In this document: positions 30,983 to 40,003 of the stretch, piece after piece
Numbering within the stretch: the first letter of the stretch is position 1
How the letters are laid out: every line of letters starts with the position of its first letter
NCBI GenBank assembly: GCA_964344135.1
Contig: CAYFMF010000003.1
Span: forward strand, 442 to 64,441
Length of the DNA: 64,000 nucleotides
Reading direction: 5' to 3'
From: an uncultured Piscirickettsiaceae bacterium
GTDB taxonomy: Bacteria > Pseudomonadota > Gammaproteobacteria > GCF-002020875
Notes under the pieces: model-generated
Databases searched by the model: none
What the model saw: only the letters and a program-made list of their open reading frames with translations
Told to the model about the DNA's origin: nothing
Translations under genes and position numbers: made by a program

Positions 30983-33261
30983 TCGAGCTGACCAGAGCGT
31001 GGTTGTTCCGAGTTGCCACCCTGTTACTGCTCGCCTTTGGAGCCGGGGCCACCCATGCCGAGGAGGAGCTGGTTCCGGTCAGGCTGCAGCTGAACTGGTT
31101 CCACCAGTTTGAGTTTGCCGGCTTCTATGCGGCGCTGGAGCAGGGCTACTACCGTGATGCGGGGCTGGATGTAACGATCATCCCCGCCACCTTCACGACA
31201 GTTGCCGCCGATGAGCTGACCAGTGGAAATGCCGACTATGCGGTGGGCTACGCGGGCACCATGCTGAAGAAGGCCGCCGGGCAGCCCATTGTCGCCCTCA
31301 AGTCCATCCTTCAGTACTCCCCCTACGCCCTGATGGTACGTGCCGACTCCGCAATCCAGCAACCCGCGGATCTGCGACACAAGCGAATCATGATGCCCCC
31401 CAACCCCAACGCCTCGGAACTGTTTGCGATGCTGCAGGAACATGGTATTAAGCCAAACCAGATTCTGCGCATGGACCACAGCCACAAGCTTGAGGATCTC
31501 ATCTCAGGCAAGGCGGATGCCATCAGCATCTACACCACCAACGAGCCCTTCCGCCTCAGAGAGATGGGGTTTGAGCCACGCATCTTTGACCCCCGGGACA
31601 GCGGAGTGGACTTTTATGGTGACATTCTGATCACAACCGAACAGAAGATCCAGGAGCGCCCAGAGGAGGTACAGCGCTTTGCCGAGGCGACCATGATGGG
31701 ATGGGAGTATGCATCCACCCACCCCACAGAGCTGATCCAGACCATTGTTGAGCACTACAACGGAAAAGAACAGGGAGGGCTGGAAAAAAGTTTTGATGCA
31801 CTCCAGTTTGAGGCGACCGAGATTATCAAAAGGGTCTCTCCCATTCTGATCGATATCGGCCATATGAGTCGCAAACGGTGGCAGAGGTCGCTGTTGACCT
31901 ATCTGGATCAGGGGATGGTGAATCAGCGGTACCGGGACCCCGCTGAACAGGAGCGGTTACTGGATGAGTTTCTCTACACCCCCCCGATCGCAATCACCCT
32001 GCCCCATCTGCTCACCCACTATCGCACCGAGGCCACCATTGTATCCGTGATACTTGTCATCATCAGCGGGCTCATCCTCCTCTACCTTATTCAGTTGAGG
32101 AGGACGGTGGAGGCAACCCTCAACAAGGAGGAGTTCATGGCGAGAATGAGCCATGAGATTCGAACCCCGATGAATGGCATCATGGGGGTGCTGGAGTTGC
32201 TGCGGCTGACCCCGCTCAACCGGGAACAGCAGGATCACCTCAATACCATGCAGAGCTCGGGGACAAGGCTGTTGACCATCATCAACGGGATTCTCGACCT
32301 CTCCAAGATTGAGGCGGGAAAGATCAACCTTGAATCAACCCCATTTGACCTCTTCCGGGTTCTGCAGGAGATTGACGACCTGATCTCCCCACTGGCTCAC
32401 AACAAGGGGGTCAGACTCACACTGGCCAATGACCCCCAACTGCCACAGTGGGTGAAGGGAGACCCGACCCGCCTGCAGCAGATTCTGCTCAATCTGACCG
32501 GCAACGGAATCAAGTTTACCTCCCATGGTGGAGTGACTCTACACACTACACTGGTTGAGAGCAGTCAGGGGCAGGCCCTCATTGAGTTCACTGTCGAGGA
32601 TAGCGGAATCGGCATCAGCGATGAGGCGCAACACCATATCTTTGAGCAGTTCACCCAGGCCAGCGCTGAGACGACCCGTCACCACGGTGGGACTGGACTG
32701 GGGCTGACCATCTCCCAGCAGCTGGTTCAGAAGATGGGCAGCACCATCGTGCTCTCCAGTACTCCGGGAGAGGGAAGCCGCTTCAGCTTCAGGCTCGATC
32801 TGGAGATCGCCACCCCACCGCAGGGGCCGGAGGAGAGTCGGTCCGCAAGAACTGCCCTGGATCCAGCACTGCTCCCCTGCGCTGTACTGCTGGTTGAGGA
32901 CAATGAGACCAACCGGATTGTGGCCCAGAAACTGCTGGAACACATTGGCTGCGAGGTGGAGAATGCAGAGAATGGGGAGGTTGCCCTCAACCGGGTCGTC
33001 GGGCGCAACACCCCCTACGATCTGATCCTGATGGATCTGAACATGCCACTGATGGATGGGGTGGAGGCAGCCCGCCGTATCCGGGGGGGCGGAATCGAAA
33101 CCCCCATTGTTGCACTGACCGCAGAGATCCAGTCCGATGGCAGGCGCTGCCATGAGGCGGGGATTGATGACCTGCTCTACAAGCCATTCTCCATGAGTGA
33201 TCTCGTTGAGAAGATCAACCAGTGGGTCGGAGCTGAGAGCAAGCCCTCACAGAAACAATAA
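30979..33261 (+). CDS. Hybrid sensor histidine kinase/response regulator with a periplasmic SBP-like (NMT1/SsuA-TauA-type) sensor domain
   Basis: 760 aa. Signal/TM, SBP-like domain (LQLNWFHQFEFAGFY...), TM, H-box SHEIRTPMNGI, N-box LNLTGNGIKFT, G1 DSGIGI, G2 GGTGLGLTIS, C-terminal REC domain (LLVEDNETN...DLILMDLNMP). Confidence 0.85.
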   Translation: MIELTRAWLFRVATLLLLAFGAGATHAEEELVPVRLQLNWFHQFEFAGFYAALEQGYYRDAGLDVTIIPATFTTVAADELTSGNADYAVGYAGTMLKKAAGQPIVALKSILQYSPYALMVRADSAIQQPADLRHKRIMMPPNPNASELFAMLQEHGIKPNQILRMDHSHKLEDLISGKADAISIYTTNEPFRLREMGFEPRIFDPRDSGVDFYGDILITTEQKIQERPEEVQRFAEATMMGWEYASTHPTELIQTIVEHYNGKEQGGLEKSFDALQFEATEIIKRVSPILIDIGHMSRKRWQRSLLTYLDQGMVNQRYRDPAEQERLLDEFLYTPPIAITLPHLLTHYRTEATIVSVILVIISGLILLYLIQLRRTVEATLNKEEFMARMSHEIRTPMNGIMGVLELLRLTPLNREQQDHLNTMQSSGTRLLTIINGILDLSKIEAGKINLESTPFDLFRVLQEIDDLISPLAHNKGVRLTLANDPQLPQWVKGDPTRLQQILLNLTGNGIKFTSHGGVTLHTTLVESSQGQALIEFTVEDSGIGISDEAQHHIFEQFTQASAETTRHHGGTGLGLTISQQLVQKMGSTIVLSSTPGEGSRFSFRLDLEIATPPQGPEESRSARTALDPALLPCAVLLVEDNETNRIVAQKLLEHIGCEVENAENGEVALNRVVGRNTPYDLILMDLNMPLMDGVEAARRIRGGGIETPIVALTAEIQSDGRRCHEAGIDDLLYKPFSMSDLVEKINQWVGAESKPSQKQ

Positions 33262-33297
33262 ACCCCTCGAGAGAGGGGCCTATCAGGTATGGCGCGG

Positions 33298-33849
33298 TTA
33301 TCTCCAGTAGGGAGGCGGTGCCATCATTGGCGGCATGGCCGGTGCAAATGGCGGCTGTCCACCACCCATCCCCATAGGGGCAGGTCCATAGGGGTAGGGA
33401 GCCGGACCATAACCATAAGGGGCCGGTGGAGCTCCATAGTATTGTGGAGCATAGTAGTTATCCCCGTAGTAGCGGTTCTCTCCACGACTGCGGCCACGTC
33501 CCTTGTACTTCTTCTCTCCGCTTCCCCTGCCCTCGCCATGAGCCTCGCCCTTGAGCTTGGTGTCGAGATTGAGATCCCACTCCACATCGGTATTGAGGTC
33601 GCTCATTGCATCTCCCATCCCCATGCTGTCCATCATCGAATCGACGGCACCCCAGCCGTGCTCCCCACCAAACGGGCCACGCTTATCATTACTACCCCAG
33701 CCAAAGGGGGCCATGGGGTGGTCAGAACGGTCTCCCCAGTCACTCCAGCCATCCTGCATATCCCAATCTTTCGGGTTCCAGAAGGCCGAGGCACCGCTTG
33801 AGAGCGCCATTGCTGTTGCAGCCACAACGATTTTTACCATGTATTTCAT
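33298..33849 (-). CDS. Secreted low-complexity Gly/Pro/Tyr/Met/Trp-rich protein
   Basis: 183 aa. Signal peptide MKYMVKIVVAATAMALSSGASA; WGDRSDHPMAPFGWG, MMDSMGMGDAM, YYGDNYYAPQYYGAPPAPYGYGPAPYPYGPAPMGMGGG. Compositional paralogue of the 28590..29339 protein. Confidence 0.5.
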   Translation of the reverse strand: MKYMVKIVVAATAMALSSGASAFWNPKDWDMQDGWSDWGDRSDHPMAPFGWGSNDKRGPFGGEHGWGAVDSMMDSMGMGDAMSDLNTDVEWDLNLDTKLKGEAHGEGRGSGEKKYKGRGRSRGENRYYGDNYYAPQYYGAPPAPYGYGPAPYPYGPAPMGMGGGQPPFAPAMPPMMAPPPYWR

Positions 33850-33940
33850 AATTCAGACTCAAACCAGGGTTGGATTAATCAACCGTTTCAGTAAATGCTT
33901 TAATTGTACCCTCTTTTACCCCTTTAATCAAGCAATAATG

Positions 33941-34008
33941 GGGGTCAGGTCTTTCATTTTGCATTGGTGGCAAGGTGGCCCACCAATGTAAAATGAAAGA
34001 CCTGACCC
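33941..34008 (+). repeat. Near-perfect 30-bp inverted repeat (long hairpin) with an 8-nt loop
   Basis: ggggtcaggtctttcattttgcattggtgg-caaggtgg-ccaccaatgtaaaatgaaagacctgacccc. The single mismatch is a G-U wobble only on the + strand transcript. Confidence 0.7.
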
Positions 34009-34020
34009 CCCCCATAACAG

Positions 34021-34725
34021 TTATATCGGCAGCAGCACCATGCTGGCAAGGGAGTGTACCACCCCCGTCAGCTGACGGTTGGTCTGGTCAGCAATCAGGA
34101 TCGCAATCAGGTCCTGGTTTGCGGCCGCCCGGCTGATCTGGTTACTGACCTGCTGGCCGTTCTGCAGCAGCAGGGGTCTCCTTCCCTCCACCCCTGCCTG
34201 CTCAACCATCCTCAATGCGGTCTCGAAATTTCGGGCGGTATTGTAGATCTTCTGCGGGTCGAGCTGATCGAGCATATAGAGCTCAGTGGTGCCGTTATAG
34301 GAGCGCATGGTCATTGAGACCAGTGCTGCGGTAAAGAGCAGCACCCGATCCCCCTGGTAGCTCTCATCAAAGGCGAGATGGAGCAGGTTGTTGCCCCGTG
34401 CGCGCCCAAACTCCGGGAAGTTCCAGCGAATCCGTTGGCCGAAAACCCGCTTCACATTGGCCTCTATGGATGGGTATTGGGCCCGCTCCAGCTGCTGCGG
34501 ATTGGCGGCGTAGAGCTCTGCCATCATCATCCGCAGTGACCTCAACACCTCACGCTGCCCCAGCTCGGCGGCACGGCTGAGGTCCGATTTTGCCAGCATG
34601 CGGACGTCGTAACTGCCGGCATCGGAGTGGATCTTCTTGTAGCGCTCAGGGTTGGTGACACAGCCACTCCCCATCAACAGGGTGGCAGCAAGGCAGAGGA
34701 GGACAGACAACCGCGAGCAACTCAT
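34021..34725 (-). CDS. Hypothetical secreted protein or lipoprotein
   Basis: 234 aa. Leader MSCSRLSVLLCLAATLLMGSGC (Cys after the leader suggests a lipobox). No recognisable catalytic motif. Confidence 0.45.
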   Translation of the reverse strand: MSCSRLSVLLCLAATLLMGSGCVTNPERYKKIHSDAGSYDVRMLAKSDLSRAAELGQREVLRSLRMMMAELYAANPQQLERAQYPSIEANVKRVFGQRIRWNFPEFGRARGNNLLHLAFDESYQGDRVLLFTAALVSMTMRSYNGTTELYMLDQLDPQKIYNTARNFETALRMVEQAGVEGRRPLLLQNGQQVSNQISRAAANQDLIAILIADQTNRQLTGVVHSLASMVLLPI

Positions 34726-34770
34726 TTACAATTCCGGAAGAACCATTAGTAAAAGGAGAGGATACCAAAT

Positions 34771-35427
34771 ATGAATCTCGAACTCGTCAGTTTCAAGCTC
34801 TGTCCCTATGTTCAGCGTGCGGTGATCGCACTCAAGGAGAAGGAGGTCCCCTACAGGATCACCTATATCGACCTATCGGATCCACCACAGTGGTTCCTGG
34901 ATATCTCGCCACTTGGAAAGGTTCCCCTGCTGCGGGTTGATGGCGAGGTGCTTTTTGAGTCCGCCGTGATCAGCGAGTTTATTGACGAGACCACCGAGGG
35001 GAGCCTCCACCCGCAGGATCCGCTGCAGCGTGCAAGGAATCGTGGATGGATTGAGTACTGCTCCTCCTGTCTTGAGGTGCTCTATACAATCAACACCACC
35101 ACGGAACAAGAGTTATTTGATGAGGCGGTCGACACCATGCGGGGGCGGCTGACAAAGCTCGAGGCGGTTCTGGAGAGCACTCCCTTCTTCAATGGTGAAC
35201 AGTTCTCACTGGTGGATGCCGCATTTGCCCCGCTCTTCATGCGCCTCGACCTCCTGGAGCAGAAGGCCGGAGTCACCACCTGTAGCGGCCTGTCCAGGGT
35301 CTGCAGCTGGCGCGATACCCTGCTGGCACGAGAGAGTGTTCAACACTCCGTGGTTGAGGAGTTCCCGATGATGTTCCAGGGGATGCTGAAGATGAAGGGG
35401 GGCATTGCCGGCTCTCTTGTTGAGTAA
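34771..35427 (+). CDS. Glutathione S-transferase family protein
   Basis: 218 aa. N-terminal thioredoxin-like GST fold (FKLCPYVQRAVIALKEKEVPY...GKVPLL...ESAVISEFI). Confidence 0.75.
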   Translation: MNLELVSFKLCPYVQRAVIALKEKEVPYRITYIDLSDPPQWFLDISPLGKVPLLRVDGEVLFESAVISEFIDETTEGSLHPQDPLQRARNRGWIEYCSSCLEVLYTINTTTEQELFDEAVDTMRGRLTKLEAVLESTPFFNGEQFSLVDAAFAPLFMRLDLLEQKAGVTTCSGLSRVCSWRDTLLARESVQHSVVEEFPMMFQGMLKMKGGIAGSLVE

Positions 35428-35439
35428 ACAATAATCGGC

Positions 35440-37476
35440 CTATTGGCCACTCTCCAACAGGCAAACAACACGGTGTGACCTGCTGAGGTTCCGGGATTCA
35501 GGAATCTCATGACTACACCGCTCCATCGCCTGTGGACAGCGCGGATGGAAGGGGCACCCCGATGGAGGGTGGATCGGTGACCCCTGATCCCCCTGCAGAC
35601 GAATCACCTCACGCCGACTCTCCCGATCCACCGTGGGCACTGCCGAGAGCAGGGCCTGAGTGTAGGGGTGGCGTGGTGTGGTCATCACCTCATCAACCGT
35701 ACCATACTCGACAATCCTGCCGAGATACATCACCGCAACCTCCTGGGCAAACCAGGAGACCACAGAGAGGTTGTGGGTGATGAAGAGATAGGAGAGCTCC
35801 TGTTGCTTCTGCAGCTCGCGCAACAGGTTGAGGATCTGCGCCTGCACCGACACATCGAGCGCACTGGTCGGTTCATCGCAGATGATCAGTTTCGGGTTGA
35901 CCGCCAGTGCACGGGCAATGGCGATGCGCTGACGCTGCCCCCCAGAGAACTCATGTGGATAGCGGCGCGCCATCTCGGCAGTGAGCCCTACCTGCTCCAG
36001 CAGTGAGCCGATCTGCCGCTCCCGTTCCACGCCGCTGTATTGCCCCTCCAGCAGGGCATCCATCCCCTCACCGATGATATCGGAAACCATCATCCGCGGA
36101 TTCATTGAGGCGTAGGGATCCTGGAAGATCATCTGAAAGTTGGAGCGGAACGATCTCAGCGCCCTCCCCCGCAGGGAGTCAAGATCGGTTCCGTCCAGGG
36201 AGATGGAGCCCGCCGTCGGCTCCAGTAGACGCAGGATCGACTTGCCCACCGTGGTCTTGCCACAGCCGGACTCCCCAACCAGTGCCACGGTCTGACCGCG
36301 ATTGACTGCAAGATCGACCCCATCCACAGCCCGCACCGCCCCCACGGTACGGTGAAAGAACCCCTTCCTGACCGGGAAGTGGACCTTGAGCCCCTCCACG
36401 TTCAACAGGGAACCCCCTCTCCCCTCCCCGACCGGTTCAACCGGTTGTTCAACGGGAGAGGGTGATTCAGCTGTTGGCTGCGCAAGGGTGGCACCCCCCT
36501 CACCACCACCAAAGAGGTGGCAGCGCACCCCCTGTCCCTGGCCCAGTGAGGACCATTGAGGTGCAGACTCCCCACAGATCGCCCAGCCATGGTCACAGCG
36601 GTTGCGAAAGGTGCAACCCTGGAATTGCTCGGTCAATGGGGGGACGGTGCCGTGCAGCACCGAGAGCGGCCTGTGCCGCTTTCCGGCATCCGGCAGGGCG
36701 TCAAACAGACGCCGGGTATAGGGGTGCGCGGGGTTGGCAAAGAAGGGTTCCCGTGGTGCCTGCTCGATCAGCTGGCCGGCATACATCACCGCAACCCGAT
36801 CGGCCATCTCCGCCACCACCCCCAGATCGTGGGTGATCAGCAGGATCGCCATCCCCCGCTCCTGCTGCAGGCGCCGCAGCAGGTCGAGAATCTGGGCCTG
36901 AATGGTGACATCCAGTGCCGTGGTTGGTTCATCGGCGATCAGCAGATCCGGCTCTCCGGCCAGGGCGATGGCAATCATCACCCGCTGCTTCATCCCACCC
37001 GAGAGCTGGTGCGGATAGTGATCAATCCGCTGCCCGGAATCGGGAAGCCCTACATCCTCCAGCAGCTCGATGACACGCTGGCGCTGTGCCCTGGCACCGC
37101 TCCCGGCATGGTTCCGCAACACCTCTCCCACCTGATCACCAACCGTCAGTACCGGGTTGAGCGAGGTCATCGGCTCCTGGAAGATCATCGCAACCCGTCC
37201 ACCACGAATCTGGCGCATCTCTCGCTCCGGGAGATCCAGCAGGCTCTCCCCCTCCAGCGCCACCTCGCCACTCACCCGCTCAAGGGCCACCTCCGGGAGC
37301 AGCTGCATGATCGAGAGTGCGGTGATGGACTTTCCGCAGCCCGACTCCCCCAGCAGCGCAAAGGTCTCCCCCTTGCGGATCTCCAGTGAGATCTCGTCCA
37401 CCGCGCGCACCACCCCCTGACGGGTGGAGAACCAGGTCTGGAGATTGGAAACCTTGAGCAGTGGGGCGAAACTCAT
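35440..37476 (-). CDS. ABC transporter ATP-binding protein with duplicated ATPase domains (YejF/DppDF-fusion type)
   Basis: 678 aa. Two Walker A motifs (GESGCGKS x2), two LSGGQ signatures ([16 protein letters not shown]) and Walker B motifs. Confidence 0.85.
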   Translation of the reverse strand: MSFAPLLKVSNLQTWFSTRQGVVRAVDEISLEIRKGETFALLGESGCGKSITALSIMQLLPEVALERVSGEVALEGESLLDLPEREMRQIRGGRVAMIFQEPMTSLNPVLTVGDQVGEVLRNHAGSGARAQRQRVIELLEDVGLPDSGQRIDHYPHQLSGGMKQRVMIAIALAGEPDLLIADEPTTALDVTIQAQILDLLRRLQQERGMAILLITHDLGVVAEMADRVAVMYAGQLIEQAPREPFFANPAHPYTRRLFDALPDAGKRHRPLSVLHGTVPPLTEQFQGCTFRNRCDHGWAICGESAPQWSSLGQGQGVRCHLFGGGEGGATLAQPTAESPSPVEQPVEPVGEGRGGSLLNVEGLKVHFPVRKGFFHRTVGAVRAVDGVDLAVNRGQTVALVGESGCGKTTVGKSILRLLEPTAGSISLDGTDLDSLRGRALRSFRSNFQMIFQDPYASMNPRMMVSDIIGEGMDALLEGQYSGVERERQIGSLLEQVGLTAEMARRYPHEFSGGQRQRIAIARALAVNPKLIICDEPTSALDVSVQAQILNLLRELQKQQELSYLFITHNLSVVSWFAQEVAVMYLGRIVEYGTVDEVMTTPRHPYTQALLSAVPTVDRESRREVIRLQGDQGSPIHPPSGCPFHPRCPQAMERCSHEIPESRNLSRSHRVVCLLESGQ

Positions 37477-38915
37477 TTTCTGCCTCGCTGCATCCGTGGA
37501 TCGAAGGCCTCACGCACCACATCGGAGAAGAGGTTGGCCGCCAGCACCAGGGTAAACATGAAGAGGAAGGAGGCCAGCAGGGTCCACCAGACCACCGGCT
37601 CGCGTGCCATCTCCAGACGTGCACCGTTGATCATGTTGCCCCAGCTGTGCATGGTGGGGTCCACCCCGACCCCTACATAGGAGAGGACTGCCTCGGCCAG
37701 CACCAGCCCGCTGAAGTCGAGCACCACGGAGATCAGCACCACATGGAGCACATTGGGGAGGATGTGGCGGGTGATGATGCGCAGATTCCGCACCCCGAAG
37801 GCGTGGGCCGCGGTGATGTAGTCCATCTCCCGCAGCTTCAGGGTCTCGCCACGCAACAGCCGGCAGAGACCGGTCCAGCTGGTGACCCCGAGAATGATAC
37901 AGAGAAAGAGCAGCCGCAGATCGGCCCGCTCCTCGGTGGTCTCAAACAGTGCCGCATTGCTGTCGATATAGACCTGAATCATCAGGATGGCCGCCGCAAT
38001 CAGCAGCACCCCGGGGATGGAGTTGAGGGTGGTGTAGGTGTACTGGATCAGATCATCGATCCAGCCACGGAAGAATCCGGCCATGATCCCGAGCAGAATG
38101 GCGAAGGGGAGCATGATCAGGGTGGTCAGGGTCCCTATCACCAGACCGGTACGGATACTCTTGACCGCCTGATAGAAGACATCCTGACCCACCTTGTCGG
38201 TACCCAGAATATGGTATTTGACCCCAATCTGGATCGCCACCATCACCAACATGGAGGTAATAAAAGTGACCAACAGAATGGTTCTCCACGGGGTTGGGGT
38301 CCGCCCCTGGACCACCGCACCGGCCCAGCGCAGCCGGGAGCCCTCTCCCCTTCGCCTGCCGACCCAGAGCATCAACAGCAGTGCAATCGTGAGCCAGAGC
38401 AGAACCCCCTTCCCCACCCCCTGCAGGGTGTTCTCCGCCAGATCTGCCCCGCGCTGCCCCGGATCATCGAGATGGGCACCACCAAACCGGAGGCGCGGAA
38501 AGTCACGCCGGATCTCACCCGATGGGCTCTCCACCATCTCGCGCACATAGAGCTCGGTTGCCAGCGGTGCAGAGTAGCTCTTCTCACTGTCACGACGCAG
38601 CCCGCCCACCATCCAGTCGAGCACGGTACGCGCCTCCACCGCATAGTGGACCTCCTCCCCCGGCTCGCTCTGTTCCAGCGCCGGCCGGTAGTGGATGGAG
38701 TCGAGCAGACCAATCACCACATAGACCAGTAGTACCACCAGGGAACCCATCGCCAGCCGGCTTCGGGCCACCCGGTACCACGGCTCCAGCAGATGGGGAC
38801 GACGACGGGTATAGGAGACCCCAAAGAGAATCACCGCCACCAGCAACCAGATCAGCAGATCGGTCCAGAGCAGCAGCGGCTTGGCTCCGACAGATGCATA
38901 CAGTGCATCAAGCAT
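37473..38915 (-). CDS. ABC transporter permease (YejE/DppC-type)
   Basis: 480 aa with a long N-terminal extension. Overlaps the ATPase gene by 4 bp. Confidence 0.8.
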   Translation of the reverse strand: MLDALYASVGAKPLLLWTDLLIWLLVAVILFGVSYTRRRPHLLEPWYRVARSRLAMGSLVVLLVYVVIGLLDSIHYRPALEQSEPGEEVHYAVEARTVLDWMVGGLRRDSEKSYSAPLATELYVREMVESPSGEIRRDFPRLRFGGAHLDDPGQRGADLAENTLQGVGKGVLLWLTIALLLMLWVGRRRGEGSRLRWAGAVVQGRTPTPWRTILLVTFITSMLVMVAIQIGVKYHILGTDKVGQDVFYQAVKSIRTGLVIGTLTTLIMLPFAILLGIMAGFFRGWIDDLIQYTYTTLNSIPGVLLIAAAILMIQVYIDSNAALFETTEERADLRLLFLCIILGVTSWTGLCRLLRGETLKLREMDYITAAHAFGVRNLRIITRHILPNVLHVVLISVVLDFSGLVLAEAVLSYVGVGVDPTMHSWGNMINGARLEMAREPVVWWTLLASFLFMFTLVLAANLFSDVVREAFDPRMQRGRK

Positions 38916-39023
38916 TGTGCCACTCCTCTCTTAACCTCGCGCAAAGAGGCCAAGGCGCAAAGGAGAGCGCAATAGAGTTGTTAACTTTGCACCTTGGCCT
39001 CTTTGCGCGAGATAGCTGTTTCC

Positions 39024-40001
39024 TCATGAGAGCCGAACCCTCGGATCTACAACGGTATAGGAGAGATCCGTCAGCAGCAGACCGATGATATAGAGCACCG
39101 CACCGAGGAAGACCATGGCCCGGACAATGGCAAAGTCCTGGGCGTTGATCGCCTCAATGGTGTAACTGCCCAGGCCGGGTATTCCGAAAAAGGATTCGGT
39201 AATCAGGCTCCCCATAAAGAGCAGCGGCAGCACCACCACCGCACCGGTGAGGATCGGGATCATCGCATTCCTCAACACATGGTGGAACAGTACCCGACTC
39301 TCGGAGAGCCCCTTGGCACGGGCGGTACGGACATAATCCTTCCCCATCTCCTCAAGGAAGATGGTGCGATACCAGCGGGTTCCGGAGCCGATTCCGGAGA
39401 TCACCCCGATGACCACTGGAAGGATCACGAAGCGGAAGGCCCCCAGCCCCCCCTCATAGCCGGAGATGGGAACCAGGTGCATCAGCTTGCCCACCACAAA
39501 CTGCCCGCCAATGATGTAGAAGAGGCCGGAGATTGACATCAGCACCACCGTCAACACCACGCCCGAGAGGTCAAGATAGGTGGCGCGGAAGAAGACCATC
39601 AACATCGCAAAGGTGATATTGGTCATCAGCCCGATGACAAAGATAGGTACCGCAATGGCGAGGCTGGGGCCCATCCGCTCCCGGATATCCCCGCCAATAT
39701 CGCGCCCGTCATCAGCCACCCCAAAATCGAAACGAAACAGCTTGAGGGACTCAGAGACAATCAGGGTCTCGGTCAGCTTCTCACTACCCGATGCCGACTC
39801 ATTCCAGAGCAGCGGGCGGTCATAGCCCCGCTCCTGCTTCCAGTTCTCGATCGCCTCCTCGGTGACATGCTTCATCCCCAGGTGCATGCGTGCCATGTCA
39901 TCCGGGGTGTTGACCACGAAGAAGAGGAAGAAGGTGATCAGGTTGACCCCGACCAGGATCGGGAAGGCGTAGAGGATACGGCGCAGAATATAGTTCAGCA
40001 T
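39024..40001 (-). CDS. ABC transporter permease (YejB/DppB-type)
   Basis: Start taken at MLNYILRRILYAFPILVG (strong GGGGGGAG RBS). The ORF track extends 129 nt further upstream without supporting features. Confidence 0.8.
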   Translation of the reverse strand: MLNYILRRILYAFPILVGVNLITFFLFFVVNTPDDMARMHLGMKHVTEEAIENWKQERGYDRPLLWNESASGSEKLTETLIVSESLKLFRFDFGVADDGRDIGGDIRERMGPSLAIAVPIFVIGLMTNITFAMLMVFFRATYLDLSGVVLTVVLMSISGLFYIIGGQFVVGKLMHLVPISGYEGGLGAFRFVILPVVIGVISGIGSGTRWYRTIFLEEMGKDYVRTARAKGLSESRVLFHHVLRNAMIPILTGAVVVLPLLFMGSLITESFFGIPGLGSYTIEAINAQDFAIVRAMVFLGAVLYIIGLLLTDLSYTVVDPRVRLS

Positions 40002-40003
40002 GG

